DNA of 64,000 nucleotides, from the NCBI GenBank assembly GCA_902628085.1, contig CACOLO010000001.1, positions 153,403-217,402 on the forward strand, given 5' to 3'. Positions 38,618 to 49,400 of this stretch are shown here, piece after piece. Origin of the DNA: an uncultured SAR86 cluster bacterium (GTDB taxonomy: Bacteria > Pseudomonadota > Gammaproteobacteria > Magnimaribacterales > D2472). Below the pieces are notes generated by a model. That model was not told the origin of the DNA. It saw nothing but the letters and a program-made list of their open reading frames with translations, and searched no databases. Position numbers and translations under genes: made by a program. Position 1 is the first letter of the stretch. Each line of letters opens with the position of its first letter.

Positions 38618-39204
38618 AAATAATAAGCTTTGAAGGCATAGAAGGGGTTGGAAAATCGACTCAAATAAATTTACTGCAAAGTTTCTTAGAAAAACAAGAT
38701 TTTACTGTCGACGTTCTAAGAGAGCCTGGCTCAACGACTTCCGCAGAACATATAAGAGAAATACTTTTAAACAAAGAAAATGATATCTCAAAAGAAACAG
38801 AGTTATTACTTATGTTTGCAGCAAGATCTGATTTAATCAATAAAAGAATTCATAATAATGATTCAGACTTTATCCTTCTTGATAGATATTACGATGCATC
38901 AATAGCTTATCAGGGGTATGGCAGAGGTATTCCATTAGATTTTATTGAAAATCTCATTAAGCTAATTCAATGCCCAAAACCAGATGTTAGTTTCTTGTTT
39001 GATTTGAGTGTTGAAGATAGTTTTAGTAGAAAAAAACTTGATGTGAAAGATAGAATTGAATCATCTGGAAATAGTTTTTTTGAGAGAGTAAAAAATGGTT
39101 ATTTAGAGATTGCCAAAAATCAAAATGAAAGATTTCACATAATTGATGCTACAAAAGAAATCAATGAAATTCACAACATCATTAAAAAGGTACTAGAGTT
39201 TTGA
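38614..39204 (+). CDS. tmk: Thymidylate kinase
   Basis: P-loop EGIEGVGKST and DRY motif. Confidence 0.9.
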   Translation: MKIISFEGIEGVGKSTQINLLQSFLEKQDFTVDVLREPGSTTSAEHIREILLNKENDISKETELLLMFAARSDLINKRIHNNDSDFILLDRYYDASIAYQGYGRGIPLDFIENLIKLIQCPKPDVSFLFDLSVEDSFSRKKLDVKDRIESSGNSFFERVKNGYLEIAKNQNERFHIIDATKEINEIHNIIKKVLEF

Positions 39205-40169
39205 TAGATATTTCATTAAATTGGCTAGATAAGATAATTGAGTCAATTAATTTTGAAAAATTACCACATGGAATGATAATCAATGGTCCTGACGGTATAG
39301 GAAAGGAATTTCTTTCTAGAGAAATTGCAAGCAGGTTATTGTTAAACAAAACAACTAAAACTTTAGATAAAGAATTATTTAATTCTAATAATCATCCTGA
39401 TTTTTTTATTTTGGATAAAGATAAAATCCTTATTAATCACATTACATTAAGAGAAGATAAATGGGATGACGAATTAGGACAGAGAAATGTTAATGATTTT
39501 TTGTCAGTGACACCCTCAGTTGCAATCAACAAAGTTGCTTTAATTTTAAATGGTCAAACTATGAATAAACAATCTCAGAACGCTTTGCTTAAATCTCTTG
39601 AGGAACCAGCCCCAAATACATTCATAATAATAAATACCAATCGGCCGAGGTCACTATACAAAACTATTTATAGTAGATGCCAAATTATAAATATACCTCC
39701 GTTATCAAATGACGATTTAAATGAATGGCTTTTAGCTAACGGTATTACAGACTTCAAATCACATGATTTTCCAAGCTATAAAACGCCTTTGAGAATAATT
39801 GATGACATCTCAAACGATCAACAATTTAAATTTAAGGACTTTATAAAAGTTCTCACTAATTTTCTTAATAACAATTCTGATCAACTCGCTGTAATAAAAA
39901 GTTTTAACAATCTTGATATTGATAAAATTTCAAAATTAAACTTCATGGTTGAGTTTTTAAAAATTGTCTTAAAATCTAAATTACTTTCTGAAAATTTATC
40001 AGGTATATATAAGGACTTTAATAATGCTAAATTTAATAATTTGAAATTATCAAATATATTAAATGATATAAATAATACTAGAGCAAAATATTATGAAGTT
40101 CCTCAAATAAATGAAGATCATGTACTGAACTATTATTTAAGTGAATTAAAGAACTCTATTAAGATATAG
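39201..40169 (+). CDS. holB: DNA polymerase III subunit delta'
   Basis: Degenerate P-loop region, NALLKSLEEP and SRCQ motifs. Follows tmk. Confidence 0.8.
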   Translation: MIDISLNWLDKIIESINFEKLPHGMIINGPDGIGKEFLSREIASRLLLNKTTKTLDKELFNSNNHPDFFILDKDKILINHITLREDKWDDELGQRNVNDFLSVTPSVAINKVALILNGQTMNKQSQNALLKSLEEPAPNTFIIINTNRPRSLYKTIYSRCQIINIPPLSNDDLNEWLLANGITDFKSHDFPSYKTPLRIIDDISNDQQFKFKDFIKVLTNFLNNNSDQLAVIKSFNNLDIDKISKLNFMVEFLKIVLKSKLLSENLSGIYKDFNNAKFNNLKLSNILNDINNTRAKYYEVPQINEDHVLNYYLSELKNSIKI

Positions 40170-40926
40170 TTGTACCACCATCAACCACAATTGTTTGACC
40201 ATTAATATAATTACCTGCATCTGAAGCTAACATAACTGCAACTCCTGCAATTTCTTCTGGCTCTCCTATCCTCTTCATTGGAGTAGTCCCTAGGACAGTT
40301 TTTAAAATATCTGGATTTTCCCATAATGCTTTAGCAAAATCTGTTTTTATTAGGCCCGGTGCTATAGAGTTAGCTCTTATATTTTTATGTCCAAATTCTG
40401 TAGCAATATTTTTAACTATCATTACATCAGCAGCCTTACTAATATTATAAGCTCCAAGAATAGGACTACCTTTTATAGCTGCAATACTTGAAATTATTAT
40501 GATGCAACCATCTTCGCGTTCAATCATTTCAGGCAACACCAAATTACATAAAATTTGATTAGATTTGATGTTGTTATTCATTACTTTATCGAATTTTTCA
40601 CTCGGCATATCTAACATAGATCCCATAAATGGATTAGTGGCAGCATTACAAACAAGAACATCTATTTTTCCAAGCTTTTCTCTAGTTTTTTCTACAAGAA
40701 CTTTTAATTGACTCTCATCACTTATATTTGCAGGTACAGAAAATGCTGACTCAGTGCCAACATCATTGTTAATTTCATTAGCAGCTTCGATACACATATT
40801 TTCTTTTCTGCTAGATATGATTACTTTTGCACCATGCAATGCACACTGATGTGCAATTGACTTGCCTATTCCCCTTGAAGAACCAGTAATTAAAATTGAT
40901 TTATTTTTTAGGTTAAATAATGACAT
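40159..40926 (-). CDS. SDR family oxidoreductase
   Basis: TGSSRGIG, NAA and YNISKAA motifs. Confidence 0.85.
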   Translation of the reverse strand: MSLFNLKNKSILITGSSRGIGKSIAHQCALHGAKVIISSRKENMCIEAANEINNDVGTESAFSVPANISDESQLKVLVEKTREKLGKIDVLVCNAATNPFMGSMLDMPSEKFDKVMNNNIKSNQILCNLVLPEMIEREDGCIIIISSIAAIKGSPILGAYNISKAADVMIVKNIATEFGHKNIRANSIAPGLIKTDFAKALWENPDILKTVLGTTPMKRIGEPEEIAGVAVMLASDAGNYINGQTIVVDGGTTIS

Positions 40927-40946
40927 ATTTTCATTATAATTAATTT

Positions 40947-41177
40947 ATGGATAAAAAAGTTGAAATATATTCAAGATCAAATTGTTCATATTGCGACATG
41001 GCTATGAATTTTTTTGATTCTAAAGGCATAAAATATGAAGTTTATGATGCTGATGACCCAAAAATATTTAACGAGATGCTTAAGCGAAATCCAGCAGCTA
41101 GAACAGTGCCGCAAATTTTTATAGATGATGACTTAATCGGTGGGTATACTGATCTAATCGATAAATACTCAGAATAA
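40947..41177 (+). CDS. Glutaredoxin (dithiol, GrxC-like)
   Basis: CSYC active site and TVPQIFIDDDLIGG. Confidence 0.85.
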   Translation: MDKKVEIYSRSNCSYCDMAMNFFDSKGIKYEVYDADDPKIFNEMLKRNPAARTVPQIFIDDDLIGGYTDLIDKYSE

Positions 41178-41181
41178 TCAT

Positions 41182-42879
41182 ATGGAACAATTCAATAACT
41201 TTTTAGTTTTATTAGACAGTAATTTAAGTGGATCATGGTGGTTTCCAGCTTTATTGATTGGAACCGGTATATTTTTTACAATTTATCTGGGATTTCCTCA
41301 ATTTAAATACTTTCGAAGTGCTCTAAAAATTGTTTCTGGAAAAAATACTAATTCTGATGCTGAAGGAGAAACAACCGGTTTTCAAGCCCTTACTACTGCC
41401 ATGTCAGGTGCTGTTGGTACTGGTAATATCGGTGGTGTTGCTCTTGCAATCTGGACTGGCGGACCAGCTGCAATTTTTTGGATGTGGATCACAGCTATTT
41501 TTGGTATGACAACAAAATATGTTGAAGTAACTTTAGGCCACAAATATAGAACCAAACTTAGTGATGGATCTATTTCAGGAGGCCCAATGTACTATATTGA
41601 ACAAGGTCTTAATGTTAAGTGGTTAGGAGTAAATTTACCCGCTAAATCTATTGCAGTTTTATTTGCATTTTTCATGATGATTACTGCTATAGGTTCAGGA
41701 AACATGCCGCAAATCAATAATATTGCACTTGTAATGAATACAGAATTTTCTGTTCCAAAGCTATTTACTGGATTATTCCTGGGTGTGTTACTTTGGATCA
41801 TCATAATTGGTGGCATTAAAAGAATAGCATCTGTAGCAAGTAAAATTATTCCAATAATGGGATTAATTTATTTCGGTGGTGCACTAATAATACTTGTTGA
41901 AAACTACCAAAATGTCATTCCTTCTTTTAACGCAATTTTTTCTCAAGTCTTTACTGGCTCAGCTGCTGTAGGTGGATTTCTTGGTGCTAGCTTTGCCATG
42001 AGTTTGAAATATGGTGTAGCTAGAGGTCTTTATTCTAATGAAGCAGGACAAGGTTCTTCGCCAATTGCACATGCTTCTTCAAAAAATAAATCAATTGATC
42101 AAGGAGTAGTTTCAATTTTAGAACCTTTCATTGATACCATCGTTGTATGTAGTGTTACTGCACTGGTAATTTTATCTAGTGGTGTGTGGACTCAAAAATT
42201 TGATACTACATTTTCAAAAACAGATATGGTAATTCTTGAGGGTGTCTATAGTGATGAGAAAGATATTGAAGGAATGTATTTATATCCAGATGATATTTTT
42301 CAACTTACAAATTATGTTCAGTCTATAGATTCAAATGTTAAAGAGTTTAATGGAACTATAAATGTTGAAGATGGCCAGATAAAAAATAAAAATATTACTG
42401 TTCTTCATTCAAGATCTATTGCTGAAAATGTTCAAGTTTCAATGAATGATAATCTTGATAATCTATATTCAGGATCTTTAAATGTTGCAAACGGTAAAGT
42501 GACTGATCAAGTTACAATTAAAGGTAAGTCATTAGTAAGTTCCGCAGAGTTGACTGCAAAAGCATTTTCACAAGGAATACTTGGTCAATATGGTGGAAAG
42601 TTAGTTGCAATAGCTTTATTGCTATTTGCATTCTCAACATCAATAACCTGGTGCTATTATGGTGATAGATCAACAGCCTATATTTTTGGTGAAAAAGGCG
42701 TCATTTGGTATAGAAATTTTTATGTTTTATGCTTTATTTTAGCTGCTGTTATTGATACAACCGTTGTTTGGAACATTGCATATGTTGTTGTTGCTTTAGT
42801 TTCAATTCCAAATCTAATTGCAATGTTTTTCCTTAGAAAGGAAATGAAATTATTATCAGATGAATTTGAAGTAAGATAA
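41182..42879 (+). CDS. Sodium:alanine symporter family (AGCS) protein with a large insertion
   Basis: Conserved AGCS blocks (GFQALTTAMSGAVGTGNIGGVA, YSNEAGQGSSPIAHA, FAFSTSITWCYYG). 565 aa. Confidence 0.85.
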   Translation: MEQFNNFLVLLDSNLSGSWWFPALLIGTGIFFTIYLGFPQFKYFRSALKIVSGKNTNSDAEGETTGFQALTTAMSGAVGTGNIGGVALAIWTGGPAAIFWMWITAIFGMTTKYVEVTLGHKYRTKLSDGSISGGPMYYIEQGLNVKWLGVNLPAKSIAVLFAFFMMITAIGSGNMPQINNIALVMNTEFSVPKLFTGLFLGVLLWIIIIGGIKRIASVASKIIPIMGLIYFGGALIILVENYQNVIPSFNAIFSQVFTGSAAVGGFLGASFAMSLKYGVARGLYSNEAGQGSSPIAHASSKNKSIDQGVVSILEPFIDTIVVCSVTALVILSSGVWTQKFDTTFSKTDMVILEGVYSDEKDIEGMYLYPDDIFQLTNYVQSIDSNVKEFNGTINVEDGQIKNKNITVLHSRSIAENVQVSMNDNLDNLYSGSLNVANGKVTDQVTIKGKSLVSSAELTAKAFSQGILGQYGGKLVAIALLLFAFSTSITWCYYGDRSTAYIFGEKGVIWYRNFYVLCFILAAVIDTTVVWNIAYVVVALVSIPNLIAMFFLRKEMKLLSDEFEVR

Positions 42880-42900
42880 CTTTTCATTTTTCATTTAGTA

Positions 42901-43884
42901 ATGCAATATCCAATAATATTTTTTTTATTTTTCTTAGTTTCATGTGGAGGAGGGAGTGGAGATCTTGAAGTCAACTCTAATAATTCAGATCCAATAAGTG
43001 GATATAAATATGTTCCACCATCTGGAACTTCTAATGATAATTGCGTTGCACGAACTTCAAATGTTATTTGGTCAGAAGATTTTGATAACAATAATTTAGA
43101 TTTATCAAAGTGGGTTTATGATGAGGGCTGTAATGATAATGGTGGTGGATGTAATGGTAATAATGAACTGCAAAACTATACATCTAATGATACAGATAAC
43201 TTATTTATAGAAAATGGGTATCTTAAAATTCAACCAATATTTGAAAATAATATTGGAAGTGACAATGTTCAACAGAACTTTACTTCTGCAAAAATAATGA
43301 CGAAAGATAAGTTTGCAATTGATGTAAATAGTCGTATTTCTGTTTGTTTTCGTTTGCCAGAGGGAACTGGAATGTGGCCTGCAATATGGATGCTCCCATA
43401 CGATGGAACACCATGGCCGAGTGGCGGAGAAATTGATTTGCTTGAGGCTAAGGGCAGATCTTACCCAATTGATGGATCGCCAGCACAAGACAATATCGTG
43501 AGTTCTGCAGTTCATTTTGGAACACAATGGCCAGATAATAGATACATTGTTGGTGAATTCTATTCTTCAAATGAAAATACTTTCCAAAATAAGTTCCATT
43601 CCATTACATTAATTTTTCAGGAAAATAACATTAATTTTTATATCAATGACGAAGTAACTCCTCATTTGAGTATTAATCCAACCATTTTTCCTCTCAATCA
43701 ATATCAGTACCCATTTAATAGACAATTTTATTTGATTTTAAATGTTGCTGTTGGTGGCAATTTTGATTCGGGGAGATTCAATTCTTCTGATTTTTGCATA
43801 GATTCAGTTTGTTCTAACTTTTCTGATAATCCTGATAAAAAAAGACTCTTGATAGATTGGATTGAATACGAAAAGATTAACTAG
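42901..43884 (+). CDS. Glycoside hydrolase family 16 lipoprotein (laminarinase-like)
   Basis: Lipobox LVSC and catalytic ExDxxE (GEIDLLE). Confidence 0.85.
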   Translation: MQYPIIFFLFFLVSCGGGSGDLEVNSNNSDPISGYKYVPPSGTSNDNCVARTSNVIWSEDFDNNNLDLSKWVYDEGCNDNGGGCNGNNELQNYTSNDTDNLFIENGYLKIQPIFENNIGSDNVQQNFTSAKIMTKDKFAIDVNSRISVCFRLPEGTGMWPAIWMLPYDGTPWPSGGEIDLLEAKGRSYPIDGSPAQDNIVSSAVHFGTQWPDNRYIVGEFYSSNENTFQNKFHSITLIFQENNINFYINDEVTPHLSINPTIFPLNQYQYPFNRQFYLILNVAVGGNFDSGRFNSSDFCIDSVCSNFSDNPDKKRLLIDWIEYEKIN

Positions 43885-44878
43885 CTTCTAAAAGAGATAC
43901 TATTTCTAAATGCTCTGTATTTGGAAACTGATCAAAAATTTCCACATTTTTTAATTTATGATTTTTTAATTTTTTAATATCTCGTAAAAATGTTTCTGGA
44001 TTACATGAAATATAAATAATATTTTTAAAATTTTTGATAAGATCAATGACCTCATTAGTTAATCCTGATCTTGGTGGATCAACTAGAACGTGTGATATGT
44101 CTAAGTTATTAATATCAATTTCGTTTAATCTAAAGAATTTTTTGCCATGAAAAGCATCACAGACTTCTTCTGCTGATAATCGAGCATGCATAATATTATG
44201 TATTTGATTTTTATACATTGCTTTTTTAAGACATTTAATAGCACTTCTATTATTTTCTGTTGCAAAAACTTTTGAAAAAATTTTGGATAGCGGAAGGGTA
44301 AAAGTTCCTACGCCACAATAAATTTCAAGCAAATCCTTTGGGTTTATAACCATTTCTGAAACTTTTTCTATCATCATTTCTAGTAAGAATTTATTGGGCT
44401 GATAAAAACAGTTATCTGTTTGATAATTTATATAACCATCAATTAAATTATCTAAATACATTTGATTAGTTGAATATACGAAATTTTTTGATCTTGCTAT
44501 TAACAAAAGATCATATTTTTTTGAAAGGTTATTAATAAGAGCGATTAGACTTTCATTAATTTTCTTATGGTAAATAAGCGTTACCATTACTTTATTATCT
44601 TTATTAGATCTAAAATTGATTTGAAATAATTTTTCGTTTAACTCAGAAGAATTATTAATTTCTTTTATCAAACGAGGCATTACTTTTTTTATGCAACTTG
44701 CAGCCAAGGGAAAACTTTTAAGTAGTAATTTTTTATTGGGGCCATGCATAGCATAATGGTTATCGTGATATGAAAATTCACATCTACTTCTGTGAGAAGT
44801 TGATGGGCTTAAGTTTGTTACAACTTCAGATCTGAAATACGTTTTTATTTCGTTATTAAATTTTTCAAACTTATTCAT
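43877..44878 (-). CDS. trmA: tRNA (uracil54-C5)-methyltransferase
   Basis: SAM-binding region, VDPPRSGL, and ISCNP with the catalytic Cys. Confidence 0.8.
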   Translation of the reverse strand: MNKFEKFNNEIKTYFRSEVVTNLSPSTSHRSRCEFSYHDNHYAMHGPNKKLLLKSFPLAASCIKKVMPRLIKEINNSSELNEKLFQINFRSNKDNKVMVTLIYHKKINESLIALINNLSKKYDLLLIARSKNFVYSTNQMYLDNLIDGYINYQTDNCFYQPNKFLLEMMIEKVSEMVINPKDLLEIYCGVGTFTLPLSKIFSKVFATENNRSAIKCLKKAMYKNQIHNIMHARLSAEEVCDAFHGKKFFRLNEIDINNLDISHVLVDPPRSGLTNEVIDLIKNFKNIIYISCNPETFLRDIKKLKNHKLKNVEIFDQFPNTEHLEIVSLLEAS

Positions 44879-45039
44879 ACAAATATTCTAGTTATTGTTA
44901 GGACAAATGATATAAAGAAAATATTTAGTGCTATAAACAGAATAATTAATTTAAATAAATTTACATTTTTAAGATCCTTTTCAAGATCATTTTTTTTTCT
45001 AATTCCAAAAAAAGAATTTATAATTCTTTTAAACCACAT
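44875..45039 (-). CDS. Candidate 54-aa single-pass membrane protein; not in the ORF track
   Basis: My translation is MWFKRIINSFFGIRKKNDLEKDLKNVNLFKLIILFIALNIFFISFVLTITRIFV. Its stop overlaps the trmA ATG (ATGA). Confidence 0.3.
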   Translation of the reverse strand: MWFKRIINSFFGIRKKNDLEKDLKNVNLFKLIILFIALNIFFISFVLTITRIFV

Positions 45040-45044
45040 AAGTT

Positions 45045-45632
45045 ATGAGTGAAATTATAAAAATAACCAAATCAGCTGAGGAATATTTAGCCAAGTTGAT
45101 ACAAGATAAAAATGAAACTGATCTTTCTATAAGAATTTTCATTTCTGATCCTGGTACTCCGAAGGCTGAAACATGTTTGGCTTATTGTAAACCAGATGAG
45201 GCAATGCCTGATGATTTAGTTTTAAACTTAGATTTAATTAATGTTAATCTTGAAAAAAGAAGTTTACCTTTTTTACAAGATGCTGAAGTGAATTTTGATA
45301 AAGATAATTTTGGTGGTCAACTTACAATAAAAGCACCTAATGCTAGACTTCCTAATATCTCTCCAGAAAGTCCTGTAGAAGATAGAATTAATTATGTTAT
45401 CTATAATGAAATTAATCCTATGCTTGAATCTCACGGCGGTGAAGTATCTCTAGTCGAGTTTAATGATAAAGGTGAAGCAGTTCTTCAATTTGGTGGGGGT
45501 TGTCAAGGTTGTGGAATGGTAGATGTTACACTTAAAGATGGTATCGAAAAGACATTGGTTGAACAGATACCTGAAGTCACAGGCGTTAAGGATATGACCG
45601 ATCACAGTATCGATGATAACGCATATTATTAA
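45045..45632 (+). CDS. nfuA: Fe-S biogenesis protein NfuA
   Basis: N-terminal degenerate A-type domain plus an Nfu domain with GGGCQGCG. Confidence 0.9.
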   Translation: MSEIIKITKSAEEYLAKLIQDKNETDLSIRIFISDPGTPKAETCLAYCKPDEAMPDDLVLNLDLINVNLEKRSLPFLQDAEVNFDKDNFGGQLTIKAPNARLPNISPESPVEDRINYVIYNEINPMLESHGGEVSLVEFNDKGEAVLQFGGGCQGCGMVDVTLKDGIEKTLVEQIPEVTGVKDMTDHSIDDNAYY

Positions 45633-46480
45633 ACTTTGATTATTGATACCAAGACCCCAAAGTATGGGTGGTCAAACAAATAAATTTCCTCATTAAAAAC
45701 CCTTTGTTCTATATCGATAAATTTATCTAATCTTGAAGGACTTTTTTTTACATTCGAACTCGTTTGATTATTTTTAATTTCAATTTTATCTGATTTGTTT
45801 GGTAAATATATTTGTAAATCAATATCATTACTATCAACTATGTTCTTCTTAATCAATGCATCGTATTCATTTCGATATTTTTTTGTAGATTCAAGCTGAA
45901 GATCGTTAACAATTCCAAGATATGCTTTAAGGTCTATATGCATAAATCTTTTTTTATAAAGCTTTAAAAAATAACCATATTCTTGATCACTATTTTCTAG
46001 AAAAACAAATTTACTGCCATCTAATTCATCAATACCTTGAACCCATGAGAATGATCCTAAAAACTGCACATCATTACTTTTAATTATTTTTTTTTGATAA
46101 TCATCAAGATATGTAACTTTATTATTTTTTCTAAACCAATTTTTTGGGTTTACTACATTCTTATTTTTGTCAGATAAATTTTCAGAAGAAGTATTATTAA
46201 TTGGCTTTAGATTTTTTAGCAAATTTTGAAAAAAAGAATCATTTTTGGGAAAGCTATTTAATGCTGTCTCGTTTAAATATAGCTTTGGCTCAACTAGAGT
46301 TATAACTGATTTTGAAGGTATGGTCAGTTCTTCAACAAAATTTTCACTTGTTGATACTTCTTTAAATTTAAAAATAATGATTTCAACTCTATACTCATCA
46401 ATAATACTATTTTCTTCATTAGCATTAATAATAAAGCTACTAAATGTTATGAGTAAAATAAATATTTTATAAAAGGGCAT
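45629..46480 (-). CDS. Exported hypothetical protein, possibly CsiV-like
   Basis: Signal peptide, YRVEIIIFKF near the N-terminus, and FDHPYFGVLVSI at the C-terminus. Lies immediately downstream of mfd. The family call is from memory only. Confidence 0.45.
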   Translation of the reverse strand: MPFYKIFILLITFSSFIINANEENSIIDEYRVEIIIFKFKEVSTSENFVEELTIPSKSVITLVEPKLYLNETALNSFPKNDSFFQNLLKNLKPINNTSSENLSDKNKNVVNPKNWFRKNNKVTYLDDYQKKIIKSNDVQFLGSFSWVQGIDELDGSKFVFLENSDQEYGYFLKLYKKRFMHIDLKAYLGIVNDLQLESTKKYRNEYDALIKKNIVDSNDIDLQIYLPNKSDKIEIKNNQTSSNVKKSPSRLDKFIDIEQRVFNEEIYLFDHPYFGVLVSIIKV

Positions 46481-49400
46481 TAAGAAAATCTGTAACTTTT
46501 TGTCTCCTAGTTATAGATTCTAATTCATTCAATTTATAAATAAACTTATTTTCTTGATCAATAGCGAATTTTTGAGGGTCAGATTTAACCAGGCTAATTA
46601 ACTTGTCAAACTTGCTCTCGCTAAAATCAGAAGTGATGAGGAAAGATGTATTTAATTTATTTGATTTTATACTTTTGATACCGATACTTCTTGCAATAAT
46701 TTCAAGCTTTTTGTTTTCAATGATATTTTTTGTTTCTGGTGGCATTTTACCGCATCTATCAATAAGGTTATTTTTAATTTCAATTAAATCGGCTGAAGAT
46801 TTAATTTTATTAATTTTTCTATAAATCTTTAATCTTTCAATGGCTGATGGCAAATAATTATTATCAATATAAGCTGAATCATAAAAATTAATTTCTATAT
46901 CATTAATTGTGGTGCTTTCTTGTGTGTTATCTAATGCGGATTTAAGCATTGACAAATACAAACTCATACCAACATTTTCAACATGTCCACTTTGCTTATC
47001 TCCTAGCATTTCTCCTCCACCTCTTATTTCTAGGTCCTCTTGAGCTATTAAGAAACCCTCACCAAGTTTTGAATTTTTAATTACAGAAGCTAATCTATCT
47101 TTTGATAACTTAGGTATATCCATGTTTGGTACCAAATAATAACAGTATCCTTGTCTTTCAGATCTTCCAACTCTACCTCTAAGTTGATGTAGTTGAGCTA
47201 AACCAAAATTTTGTGAATTAATTACAATCATTGTATTTGCATTAGGTATATCTAAACCCATTTCTACTATTGTTGTACAAATTAATCCATCAAGATTACC
47301 GGCATGAAAAGATGACATAACTTTCTGAATATCTGCTTTTTTTAATTTTCCATGCGCAATACCGATTCTAAATTCTGGTAACAATTGGTTAATTTCATTT
47401 TTTAAGTTTTCCATTTTATTTATATCATTTTGAACAATAAAACATTGTCCATTACGTGACTTTTCTCTCACTAATGCTTCTTTTAATAGTTGATTTGTAT
47501 GAGTTTTTAAAAAAGATTTAATGTTTAATCTATTCGATGGCGGTGTTTGAAGAAAAGAAAAATCTTTTAAACCTGCATATACCATATTCATAGTTCTTGG
47601 AATTGGGGTAGCAGATAAATAGAGGATATGGATATTACTCTGTTTATCTTTGATAAAGTTTTTTTGTTTTATGCCAAATTTATGTTCTTCATCGATTATT
47701 AAAAGACCCGTTTGTTGAAACTCCACTTCATTATTAAAAATAATATGTGTTGTTATAAGAATATCTATTTTATGGTTATTGAAATCATTAATAATTTCTT
47801 TTTTATTTTTAAGAGTGGTATGTCTGTTAAGTTTTTTTATTGATACTGGAAAATTCATAAATCTTTTAACAAAAGAATTAAAGTGTTGATCACACAAAAT
47901 TGTGCTTGGCACAATTAAAACAACTTGTTTTCCTGAAAAAGCACTAATATATGCAGCTCTCATTGCTACTTCGGTTTTACCAAAACCTACATCTCCACAA
48001 AGGACTCTATTCATTGGTTTAATTAAACTTAAATCTTTTTGAATAGAATTAAATGAAACAACTTGATCATGTGTTTCAGTAAAGGGAAATTCGTCATTAA
48101 ATTCCTGTAGAGATTTATCATCTATTCTTAGTGAAAAAGATGATGATTTTTGTCTTCTTGATTCGATATCTAAAATTTCTGCTGCATGATCAATAGATCT
48201 CTTAATAGCTCGATCTTTTTTTTGTTTCCATTTAGTTGAAGAAAGTGAATCTAAAGCAATACCTTTATCAATATTTTTTTTATGATACGAAGTGATTTTA
48301 TTTATATTTGAGAGAGGAACGTATAGATTTTCATTATCTGCATAAATAATTTTAATGTATTCATTGTTAGTATTATTAGCATCAACAGTTTCTAGACCAC
48401 TATAAATTCCTAATCCATAATTTTCATGAATTACATAATCATTTTCTTTAAAAAGTGAGAAATCATTATTTTTAATTATATTCATATCATCTTTTTTCAC
48501 TGATGGTGTAAATGAATAATCTTTATCAATAACTTCTTTATGAAAGATATAGGTATTATTTCTCTCATCAAAAAATGGAGTTACTGGCTCGCCATACATT
48601 AATGAGATTCCATTGTTATGTTCTGAGAAATCTGAAATTATTTGCGTTTTATGGTGAATTTTTTTACATAGTTCCTCTATCTGATCTGCAAAAGATGTGA
48701 CGATAAGGAGATTTTCTTTAAAACTATTTTTGTTAATCAGATTAATTAAATCATCAAAATTCTCGGGCTGAAGATTAATTTCTTTTATATTAATATTTTT
48801 AACATTCTTCAGTATTTGCTGTAATTCGTCTTTTTTTATATAAAGTTTATCTGGTTTTAATAAGGGTCTTTTATGATCAATATTTTCATCATTGAATCGT
48901 TGCTTAATAAACTCATCATATATGTCTATCTCATGAAATAAATTCAATGATGAATATATGTCATGATGATTAAACAATTCAAAAAAATTGACTGTATTTT
49001 TAAATAAAAGTGGTAGATAAATTTCAATACCTTCTGGAATATTGCCATTTTTTATTTTTTGAAAAATATCACAATATCTTTCATCATCATTTATAAAATA
49101 ATTTCTCCATCTGGATATAAACGTTAATATTTTTTGTTCATTTAAACTAAATAAAGATCCTTTTGATAGAAAAAATTTATCAATGTTTTCAATTGAAAGT
49201 TGTGTTTCCGAATCAAAGAATCTTATAGATTCAATAGTATCGTCAAAAATTTCAATTCTTAATGGATTTTCATACATTGGTGAAAATATATCTACAATTC
49301 CACCTCTTACTGCATAATCATTAATAACCTCAACATTAGTTTTCTTAACATAATCTAAAGATTCTATTACTTTAACTAAATTTAAAACTGAAATTTTATG

